DNA of 32,000 nt. Origin: Pseudidiomarina andamanensis. GTDB lineage: Bacteria; Pseudomonadota; Gammaproteobacteria; Enterobacterales; Alteromonadaceae. Made by a program: the position numbers and the translations under genes. This document shows positions 26,256-32,000 of the stretch, piece by piece. The notes beneath the pieces were generated by a model that saw nothing but the letters and a program-made list of their open reading frames with translations, was not told the origin of the DNA and did not search any database. The stretch lies in NCBI RefSeq assembly GCF_009734345.1, contig NZ_CP032551.1, positions 1,170,001-1,202,000 of the forward strand, in the 5' to 3' direction. Position 1 is the stretch's first letter. Each line of letters starts with the position of its first letter.

Positions 26256-27476
26256 CTACTTAGTTAAGAAGGATTGACCATAATTCATTAATGGTAACCC
26301 TAACCACGCTGCAATCGATTGACCAATATCAGCAAAGCTCTCTCGTCGGCCCATTGAGCCAGGTTCAATATTTCTCCCATACGCAAGAACCGGAACATAT
26401 TCGCGGGTGTGATCGGTGCCCGGCCAAGTCGGGTCGCAACCATGATCGGCAGTCAAAATTAACATGTCGTCTGGTTGCAGAGATGACATTAGCGCTGGTA
26501 GCAGTTGATCAAATTGCTCAAGTGCTGCCGCATAGCCACTCACATCACGTCGATGGCCATAATCGCTGTCAAAATCAACTAAGTTGGTGAAAATTATCGA
26601 GTGTTCCGGTGCTTTTTGAATTTGTTCAATTGTCGCATCAACCAAAGCCGGAATACCTGTTGCTTTGTATTTTTTGGTGATTCCTTGATGCGCGAAAATA
26701 TCGGCTATTTTCCCTATACTAATTACTTCACCACCATCGTTAACCAATCGGTCTAGCACGGTTAACTCTGGCGGTGGCACCGCATAATCGCGTCGATTTC
26801 CGGTACGTTTGAAATTCGAGCTTTTATCGCCGACAAACGGACGTGCGATGACTCGACCAACATTGTATGGTTCAAGTAGTCGTCGTACGCTCTCGCACAA
26901 TTGATAAAGCTTATCTAATCCAAAACTCTCTTCATGACAGGCAATTTGAAATACCGAGTCTGCTGAAGTATAAAAAATGGGCTTACCGGTGCGCATATGC
27001 TCTTCGCCCAGCTCAGCAATAATTGTGGTTCCTGAGGCATGGCAGTTACCTAAATACCCCGGCAAATTGGCCTCTTCAACAATTTTGTCGAGTAATTCTT
27101 GCGGGAACGAGTTGGTTGGCTCTAAAAAGTATCCCCAGTCGAATAAAACTGGCACCCCTGCCATTTCCCAATGACCCGAAGGCGTGTCTTTCCCCGACGA
27201 CAACTCCTGCGCCCAACCAAAACTTCCGATAATTTCATCTGCAGGCTCAATTCCAGCAGGCTGTTCGCCAGTCGCACCATAATAAGCTTCGGCTAAGCCT
27301 AATTTAATCAAGTTCGGTATTTCAAGAGGTCCAGAGCGCCCATTGTCTGCGCGCCCCGCTGCAGCCTCGGCCGCGATATGGCCGAATGTGTCCGCACCTT
27401 CATCACCGAATTTATCAGCATCGGCAGCTGCACCAATACCGAATGAATCTAGCACGACAATAATGGCACGGGACAT
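26256..27476 (-). CDS. deoB: Phosphopentomutase DeoB
   Basis: [35 protein letters not shown]... is colinear with E. coli DeoB, at 406 aa. Confidence 0.96.
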   Translation of the reverse strand: MSRAIIVVLDSFGIGAAADADKFGDEGADTFGHIAAEAAAGRADNGRSGPLEIPNLIKLGLAEAYYGATGEQPAGIEPADEIIGSFGWAQELSSGKDTPSGHWEMAGVPVLFDWGYFLEPTNSFPQELLDKIVEEANLPGYLGNCHASGTTIIAELGEEHMRTGKPIFYTSADSVFQIACHEESFGLDKLYQLCESVRRLLEPYNVGRVIARPFVGDKSSNFKRTGNRRDYAVPPPELTVLDRLVNDGGEVISIGKIADIFAHQGITKKYKATGIPALVDATIEQIQKAPEHSIIFTNLVDFDSDYGHRRDVSGYAAALEQFDQLLPALMSSLQPDDMLILTADHGCDPTWPGTDHTREYVPVLAYGRNIEPGSMGRRESFADIGQSIAAWLGLPLMNYGQSFLTK

Positions 27477-27517
27477 GTAATTAACCTCTTGTGGCGAATA
27501 TTCGATGTGCGAATGGA

Positions 27518-28840
27518 CTAGTTACGGATGTACTGATGAATGACAACATTGTCGCCCGTTGCTTCATTAGCAACCGTCACGGCGCGACGCAAACGTTCAG
27601 CTGCACTTTCCCACGAAGCTTCGTCTCGCGCATAGAGCATAGCGATTGGTGCTTGCTGATCAACAAAGTCATTCAGCCCGACAATCGCATCTAAACCTAC
27701 GCCAAAATCGAGTTCATCTGAGCTTCGCTGTCTACCCCCGCCAAGTGCGACGACCGCCATTCCCACTGCGCGGGTATCGATATGAGTAACATAGCCTGAA
27801 GTTGGCAAAAATACAGGTTTAGCAACAGGTGCCAATGGTAAGTGATTGGCATAATTTCTTAGTAAATCTCCAGGACCGCCAAGTTCTGTCACCATTTTAG
27901 CGAACCGTTCAGCAGCTGCACCGCTATTGAGGGCTTTGAGAACCTTTTCACGAGCAAGCTCTTCGGTATCAGCAAGGCCACCTAGAACAAGCATTTCCGC
28001 GCAAAGTGCCACGGTGACTTCGTGTAACCGAGGCGCCTGATAATCGCCAGTGAGATATCGTATTGCTTCACGAACCTCAATTGCGTTGCCGGCAGATTTC
28101 GCCAACACTTCATTCATATCAGTCAATATTGCCGATGTCGGCAAACCAGCACCATTCGCTACAGTCACGAGACTATTCGCCAACTCGGTAGCCTGCTCAA
28201 CATTCTGCATCACCGCGCCATTACCGACTTTCACGTCAAGTACTAGGCTCTCAAGGCCTGCGGCCAATTTCTTAGACAGAATTGATGCTGTTATAAGGGG
28301 GACAGATTCAACCGTCGCCGTAATATCGCGGGTAGCATAAAAGCGCTTATCCGCTGGAGCTAGATCACCGGTTTGCCCGATAATCGCAACACCGGTGCTT
28401 TTAACGACACGACGAAACTCATCAAGGGTCGGTACTGTTTGATAACCTGGTATCGAATCCATTTTATCGAGTGTACCACCTGTATGACCAAGACCTCGGC
28501 CGGAAATCATTGGCACGTAACCGCCGCAGGCAGCAACAATCGGGCCAAGCATTAAGCTCACGACATCGCCGACACCACCGGTAGAGTGCTTGTCTAACAC
28601 TGGCCCATCAAGTTTCATTGCCCGCCAATCAAGGACAGTTCCAGAGTCACGCATTGCCAATGTCAAAGCCACGCGTTCATCGGCATTCATCCCCTGAAAA
28701 TAAACCGCCATTGCCAATGCTGATATTTGGCTTTCTGAAATAGAACCGGTGGTAATTCCATTGACGAAAAATCGAATTTGTTCGTCGCTTAATACGCCAC
28801 CATCGCGTTTAATGCGGATAATTTCTTGCGGTAAATACAT
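27518..28840 (-). CDS. deoA: Thymidine phosphorylase DeoA
   Basis: [29 protein letters not shown]...[10 protein letters not shown] is colinear with E. coli DeoA, at 440 aa. Confidence 0.96.
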   Translation of the reverse strand: MYLPQEIIRIKRDGGVLSDEQIRFFVNGITTGSISESQISALAMAVYFQGMNADERVALTLAMRDSGTVLDWRAMKLDGPVLDKHSTGGVGDVVSLMLGPIVAACGGYVPMISGRGLGHTGGTLDKMDSIPGYQTVPTLDEFRRVVKSTGVAIIGQTGDLAPADKRFYATRDITATVESVPLITASILSKKLAAGLESLVLDVKVGNGAVMQNVEQATELANSLVTVANGAGLPTSAILTDMNEVLAKSAGNAIEVREAIRYLTGDYQAPRLHEVTVALCAEMLVLGGLADTEELAREKVLKALNSGAAAERFAKMVTELGGPGDLLRNYANHLPLAPVAKPVFLPTSGYVTHIDTRAVGMAVVALGGGRQRSSDELDFGVGLDAIVGLNDFVDQQAPIAMLYARDEASWESAAERLRRAVTVANEATGDNVVIHQYIRN

Positions 28841-29610
28841 TAGTAGCCGTCCTTTTCCACTGCTTCGGCGTCACTCAAGGTGTTAAGTAAATTGCCAAGT
28901 AAGCTGCTCGCACCAAATCGGAAGTTATCTGCACAGACCCACTGCGCCCCCATAATGGATGCTGCAAGCTCGAGATACTTTGCTGCATCTTCAGCGGTAC
29001 GAACACCGCCGGCAGCCTTAAACCCGCATTGTGCGCCACTGTTTTGTATGGCTTTGAGCATTATTTCAGTAGCTTCTAACGTTGCATTCACTGGCACTTT
29101 GCCAGTTGATGTTTTGATGAAATCAGCTCCAGCAGCAATCGCAATTTCACTTGCCTGGCGAATCAACTCAGCTGTTTTCAGTTCGCCACTTTCTATAATC
29201 ACTTTTAACTTGGCTTTTTCCGCACATGCGGCTTTACAAGCTTTTACCAAGTTAAAGCCAACTTGCGAATCACCGCCAATAAGTGCTTTATAGGGAAATA
29301 CCACATCAACTTCGTCAGCTCCGGCTGCAACGGCTCGCTCAGTTTCAGCTTGAGCTCTATCAACATTCTCAGAACCTTCCGGGAAATTGGTTACGGTGGC
29401 AACTTTTACCGAGTTCAGACCAAGTCGTGAGAGTTCAAGTTTGCTCCACACAACCATTTCTGGATAAACACAAATTGCAGCAGGCGATCCAAAATCGGTT
29501 TTTGCAGCCGCACACAGCTTCGAAATAGTTTCTACCGAATCGTCATTATTCAGAGAGGTTAAGTCCATCAATTGAATTGCGCGCTGCGCGGCGTCTTTCA
29601 TTGTCATCAT
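28840..29610 (-). CDS. deoC: Deoxyribose-phosphate aldolase DeoC (long, E. coli-type)
   Basis: [15 protein letters not shown], the KVATVTNFP region and FIKTSTGK (Schiff-base Lys region). The start may be one of the internal Met codons in MMTMK. Confidence 0.93.
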   Translation of the reverse strand: MMTMKDAAQRAIQLMDLTSLNNDDSVETISKLCAAAKTDFGSPAAICVYPEMVVWSKLELSRLGLNSVKVATVTNFPEGSENVDRAQAETERAVAAGADEVDVVFPYKALIGGDSQVGFNLVKACKAACAEKAKLKVIIESGELKTAELIRQASEIAIAAGADFIKTSTGKVPVNATLEATEIMLKAIQNSGAQCGFKAAGGVRTAEDAAKYLELAASIMGAQWVCADNFRFGASSLLGNLLNTLSDAEAVEKDGY

Positions 29611-30035
29611 TTGCTATTTCTATATTCGTTGATATCAAAATGGAAAGCATTCGGTAATAATGAGGCAACCGTCCATTGTTCAAAACCATTGTCACAAGTT
29701 GAAATGACGGGCGTATCGGCACTCAAAAACTCAGCTAGAACTTGGCGACACGCGCCACAAGGTGAATAGACTTGATCGCTCGGTGTGTAGATAACGACTT
29801 GCTTAATTGTTTTAGGATTAATACCTTGCGCAATGGCAGTGAATATCGCCGTGCGCTCGGCACAGTTCGATAATCCATAGGAGACATTTTCGACATTGCA
29901 ACCACGGACAACGTCGCCCGTATCAGTCACCAAAACTGCGCCAACTTTGAATTGGCTGTAAGGTGCATAAGCATGTTCTGCCGACGCTTGTGCTAGAGCC
30001 TTGATCGAATTAATTTCTGCTTGTTCAATACTCAT
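29607..30035 (-). CDS. cdd: Cytidine deaminase, small homotetrameric type
   Basis: 142 aa with Zn-ligand motifs CAERTA and PCGACRQ. Its ATGA overlap with deoC makes it the first gene of the cdd-deoCABD operon. Confidence 0.9.
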   Translation of the reverse strand: MSIEQAEINSIKALAQASAEHAYAPYSQFKVGAVLVTDTGDVVRGCNVENVSYGLSNCAERTAIFTAIAQGINPKTIKQVVIYTPSDQVYSPCGACRQVLAEFLSADTPVISTCDNGFEQWTVASLLPNAFHFDINEYRNSK

Positions 30036-30111
30036 AAGACGTTACATTAGTGTATGGCAGTAAAGCTTACCCCGATATTGGCGTGAATCCAAGTACACCA
30101 AAAGGGGGAGG

Positions 30112-30135
30112 TTAATTTAGATTTTACTAAATTAA
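30112..30135. promoter_or_regulatory. Perfect 9-6-9 inverted repeat TTAATTTAG-ATTTTA-CTAAATTAA (candidate operator O1), centred in the cdd / DUF2892 divergent intergenic region
   Basis: Read directly from the sequence. The arms at 30112-30120 and 30127-30135 are exact reverse complements. Confidence 0.45.
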
Positions 30136-30175
30136 TGACCATGATCACTTTCCGAAATAGAAAATTAGAGCTATA

Positions 30176-30199
30176 TTATTTTAGTAGTTCCTAAATTAA
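30176..30199. promoter_or_regulatory. Second 9-6-9 inverted repeat TTATTTTAG-TAGTTC-CTAAATTAA (candidate operator O2) overlapping a -10-like TATATT and the SD of the DUF2892 gene
   Basis: It has the same geometry and the same right arm as O1, with one mismatch in the left arm. The right arm ends inside AAGGAGG (30198-30204), 5 nt from the ATG at 30210. Confidence 0.45.
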
Positions 30200-30209
30200 G
30201 GAGGTTCTC

Positions 30210-30425
30210 ATGAGTGTAGAAAAAGCTTTGACTGCCTTTGCCGGCTTTATGGTGTTATTATCTGTCGCCTTGACCGTTTGGGTCCATCCGAGTTGGGTAT
30301 GGTTAACTGTGTTTGTTGGTGCTAATTTATTCCAACAATCGTTCACTGGCTTTTGTCCTGCCAGTATTTTTCTAAAGAAAGTATTTAATTTAAAAACCGA
30401 GCGCGAGTTAGCGCTGCAGAAATAA
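30210..30425 (+). CDS. DUF2892 (YgaP C-terminal-like) small membrane protein
   Basis: 71 aa with two TM helices and an FTGFCPASIFL motif typical of DUF2892. It has a strong SD AAGGAGG. Confidence 0.7.
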   Translation: MSVEKALTAFAGFMVLLSVALTVWVHPSWVWLTVFVGANLFQQSFTGFCPASIFLKKVFNLKTERELALQK

Positions 30426-30438
30426 AGAGAGAAACGCT

Positions 30439-30756
30439 ATGAGCATGCTGATGGATGCTGAAATGCAAACTGGTGAAGCACAAAATGCTGCGGCATTTTT
30501 ACGCTCCATCGCCAATGAACACCGTTTACAAATTTTGTGTCATCTTGCTGGTGGCGAAAAAAGTGTCGGTGAATTAAATAAGCATTTCCCGCTCAGCCCA
30601 TCAGCATTCTCTCAACATTTAGCCGTGTTGCGTGAGCAAGGTCTAGTGAAGTTTCGCAAACAGGCACAAACCATTTATTATTCAATCAATGACCCTGACA
30701 CAATGCAATTTATGCAGCTACTTCGAAGCAAATTTTGTCCAACGTTTGCTGATTAA
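30439..30756 (+). CDS. ArsR/SmtB-family transcriptional regulator, BigR/SqrR/YgaV-like
   Basis: 105 aa. The winged-HTH segment is ANEHRLQILCHLAGGEKSVGELNKHFPLSPSAFSQHLAVLREQGLV. Cys residues lie in helix alpha2 (C34) and near the C-terminus (C100). Confidence 0.85.
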   Translation: MSMLMDAEMQTGEAQNAAAFLRSIANEHRLQILCHLAGGEKSVGELNKHFPLSPSAFSQHLAVLREQGLVKFRKQAQTIYYSINDPDTMQFMQLLRSKFCPTFAD

Positions 30757-31226
30757 TCAGACACCTCGTTAGTAGTAGAGCGCTGCATAACAATGGCATC
30801 TTCACGCCCACCCGATGCCGTTGGATAATACGCCTTGCGACGCCCAAGATTTTTAAAGCTGAGCTTCGTGTAGAGATCAATCGCTGGTTGGTTTGATTCG
30901 CGAACTTCAAGAAATACACTCGCATTATTGGCTACCGCTAGAGCGCAAACATAGCCAACGAGTTTCTCACCCAATCCTTGTCGCTGAAACGCTGATGAAA
31001 CAACGACATTCATAATCGTCCACTCATCCGGTATTGGCTGATGAACAATTATAAACCCCAATAACTGCTGAGTTTCATTGCTGTACACCCCAAAATTTTG
31101 ATAGCCATGCGAAAAACACGATTTTAATGTCTCTATCGGCCAAGGAAGTTGGTTTGTTTTAGTTTCAATTGCAGCTATTTCAGGCATCCAGGTCTTTAGT
31201 TCAACAATTGAAGTTGCGGTAATCAT
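30753..31226 (-). CDS. rimI: Ribosomal protein S18-alanine N-acetyltransferase
   Basis: GNAT motif QRQGLGEKLV, with LEVRESNQPAIDLYTKLSFKNLGRRKAYYPTASGGREDAIVM colinear with E. coli RimI. It overlaps holD through ATGA. Confidence 0.9.
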   Translation of the reverse strand: MITATSIVELKTWMPEIAAIETKTNQLPWPIETLKSCFSHGYQNFGVYSNETQQLLGFIIVHQPIPDEWTIMNVVVSSAFQRQGLGEKLVGYVCALAVANNASVFLEVRESNQPAIDLYTKLSFKNLGRRKAYYPTASGGREDAIVMQRSTTNEVSD

Positions 31227-31633
31227 GAGGCGTTCTGTTGAATTTGGTTCCAGAGCTTGGCTTTCACCATTGCCGGAATCGTTTCTTGAATTCCGACGTT
31301 AAACGTGACAATAAAAGCTTTATCCCACTGCTCTTTACTGGCGCTAGGTACCTCAGCGATAACCGCAGATGAGGCTTGACCTAAGGCCAGTGCGAAATCA
31401 ACCAGCCATTGTGGATGATTAACTGGAAGACGCTCAGCAAATAATAAAAGCCACGGACCTAGACGGTAACCGTGAGATAACTCCGCTGAGGGCTGCTTCT
31501 CATCCAAGCTTTTTGTCGTCGAATTGGGTGTTGCCAAATTAGCGTCCGTCAAATACGCGCGCTTCTGCCACAACGGCAAACCGAGTGCTGCGAGAGCATT
31601 TTTTTGAGATTTATTGAAGATATTTTTTGTCAT
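31223..31633 (-). CDS. holD: DNA polymerase III psi subunit
   Basis: 136 aa in a holD-rimI arrangement, as in E. coli. The N-terminal ALAALGLPLWQKR resembles QLGITQWSLRR of HolD. Confidence 0.75.
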   Translation of the reverse strand: MTKNIFNKSQKNALAALGLPLWQKRAYLTDANLATPNSTTKSLDEKQPSAELSHGYRLGPWLLLFAERLPVNHPQWLVDFALALGQASSAVIAEVPSASKEQWDKAFIVTFNVGIQETIPAMVKAKLWNQIQQNAS

Positions 31634-31683
31634 GCGCTTAGCCTAGCCCAAACGCCTTCTTTTAGGAAGATCTTGAAAGGAAA

Positions 31684-31760
31684 TGGCAGGGGTGGAGGGA
31701 TTCGAACCCCCAACCGTCGGTTTTGGAGACCGCTGTTCTACCAATTGGAACTACACCCCT
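31684..31760 (-). tRNA. tRNA-Trp (anticodon CCA)
   Basis: The reverse complement reads AGGGGTGTAGTTCCAATTGGTAGAACAGCGGTCTCCAAAACCGACGGTTGGGGGTTCGAATCCCTCCACCCCTGCCA. The 7-bp acceptor stem is AGGGGTG/CACCCCT, the anticodon loop is CTCCAAA, the T-loop is GGTTCGAATCC and the CCA end is encoded. It is close to E. coli tRNA-Trp. Confidence 0.93.
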
Positions 31761-31775
31761 GCAATCAAGGTCTGA

Positions 31776-31803
31776 ATTATACTGCCCAATCTCGCACAGG
31801 CAA
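31776..31803 (-). promoter_or_regulatory. Candidate sigma70 promoter for tRNA-Trp (TTGCCT-N16-TATAAT)
   Basis: On the minus strand, a perfect TATAAT (31781-31776) lies about 15 nt upstream of the mature tRNA 5' end, with TTGCCT (31803-31798) 16 nt further upstream. Confidence 0.4.
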
Positions 31804-31912
31804 GCGATTTATGCGCTACAGATTGTTGACTGCGGGATTTTTCACCACTTATCGCAAAGTGCGGTGTTATACTAAATTTTATTAAACACTTACTGAAAGG
31901 TATTTCTGCTTT

Positions 31913-32000
31913 ATGAGTGTACGCGTTGTGCAAGGATTGCTTGCTCTCTTTCTTATGTTGTTTAGTCTGCCAGTCATTTCGCAGACTACATGGCAGCCGC
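31913..32000 (+). CDS. 5' end of an unidentified secreted protein (continues beyond the window)
   Basis: The ATG at 31913 gives MSVRVVQGLLALFLMLFSLPVISQTTWQP, a signal-peptide-like N-terminus. GAAAGG lies about 12 nt upstream, with an extended -10-like TGTTATACT further upstream. It is too short to identify. Confidence 0.35.
   Translation, partial: MSVRVVQGLLALFLMLFSLPVISQTTWQP

Noticed and set aside
27495-27504. A 10-bp perfect palindrome CGAATATTCG in the deoA-deoB spacer.
   Set aside because: It is short and isolated, with no partner site and no obvious regulatory logic in a 41-nt intra-operon spacer. It is compatible with chance.
363-29769. Many short ORFs in the track lie antisense or out of frame inside well-supported genes. 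Examples are 363-668(-), 805-1002(-), 2194-2388(+), 2660-2896(+), 3241-3474(+), 3557-3760(+), 3829-4131(+), 5275-5469(+), 5678-5950(-) and 7968-8198(-). Further examples are 9287-9514(+), 12518-12766(-), 12883-13113(+), 14429-14833(-), 15131-15346(-) and 15609-16457 (several). The same applies to 16859-17080(-), 17209-17514(+), 18232-19246 (several), 20958-21962 (several) and 23157-23471(+). Others are 24125-24511, 25139-25327(-), 25611-26216, 26291-27232, 27491-27694(+), 28050-28555, 28880-29528 and 29572-29769(+).
   Set aside because: Each is fully embedded in a gene with strong family motifs on the other strand or in another frame. None has a recognisable motif, a convincing SD or operon logic. 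Their Arg/Ser/Cys/Leu-rich compositions are typical of shadow frames.
30082-30097. CGTGA-ATCCAA-GTACA upstream of cdd, and a second AATGA-CCATGA-TCACT at about 30133-30148, considered as candidate CRP sites for CytR/CRP-type control of the deo operon.
   Set aside because: Each matches only about 7 of 10 consensus positions (TGTGA-N6-TCACA). That is too weak to call without a scoring matrix or conservation data.
30135-30194. A 19-codon ORF (MTMITFRNRKLELYYFSSS) between the two inverted repeats, downstream of an AAAGGGGGAGG stretch.
   Set aside because: The purine-rich stretch is about 24 nt from the ATG, too far to act as an SD. The ORF is AT-rich intergenic sequence with no supporting feature.
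31604-31933. Track ORFs 31604-31885(+) and 31751-31933(-) spanning the tRNA region.
   Set aside because: Both read through the tRNA-Trp gene or its promoter and have no coding signatures. The tRNA explains the region.
1-32000. A visual scan for CRISPR repeats, IS elements or transposases, integrases, phage genes, toxin-antitoxin pairs and known defence-system hallmarks such as nucleases, helicases, STAND or TIR domains.
   Set aside because: I saw nothing of the kind. The only repeats are the short inverted repeats reported above. A by-eye scan cannot exclude dispersed short repeats, so a self-dot-plot would be the decisive check.

Overview
The window looks like chromosomal DNA from an AT-rich, probably marine gammaproteobacterium (an Alteromonadales-like guess from gene content and synteny; not verifiable here). 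Most of it is tightly packed housekeeping sequence. It holds the 3' end of an mrp cation/proton antiporter operon (mrpD'EFG), queE/queC, nagZ, an S41-family lipoprotein peptidase and serB-radA followed directly by a FecCD/BtuCDF-type ABC importer. It also holds ytjB(smp), a tatD/yjjV-like hydrolase, prfC, a cdd-deoCABD nucleoside catabolism operon, holD-rimI and a stand-alone tRNA-Trp. Much of this resembles the E. coli holD-rimI / prfC / yjjV / deoCABD / smp-serB-radA neighbourhood. Three blocks look accessory. (1) A 9-kb, 13-gene Tad/Flp (type IVc) pilus operon (1766-10765, minus strand) has a non-canonical gene order. It has no tadV, tadZ or rcpB, and it carries DUF192 plus three orphan genes, a 110-nt out-of-frame gene overlap and a hairpin that sequesters the flp ribosome-binding site. 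(2) A periplasmic copper nitrite reductase operon (cytochrome c, nirK, FGE-like nirV, SCO chaperone; 22385-25361) encodes a NirK with an atypical type-1 copper loop. (3) A small DUF2892 + ArsR-family module (30210-30756) has a regulator with the BigR/SqrR-type Cys pair, preceded by two tandem 9-6-9 inverted repeats. I found no CRISPR array, IS element, integrase, prophage or recognisable defence system. All calls come from reading motifs in the supplied translations and the DNA. No searches were run, so start codons and family assignments for the weaker ORFs are provisional.
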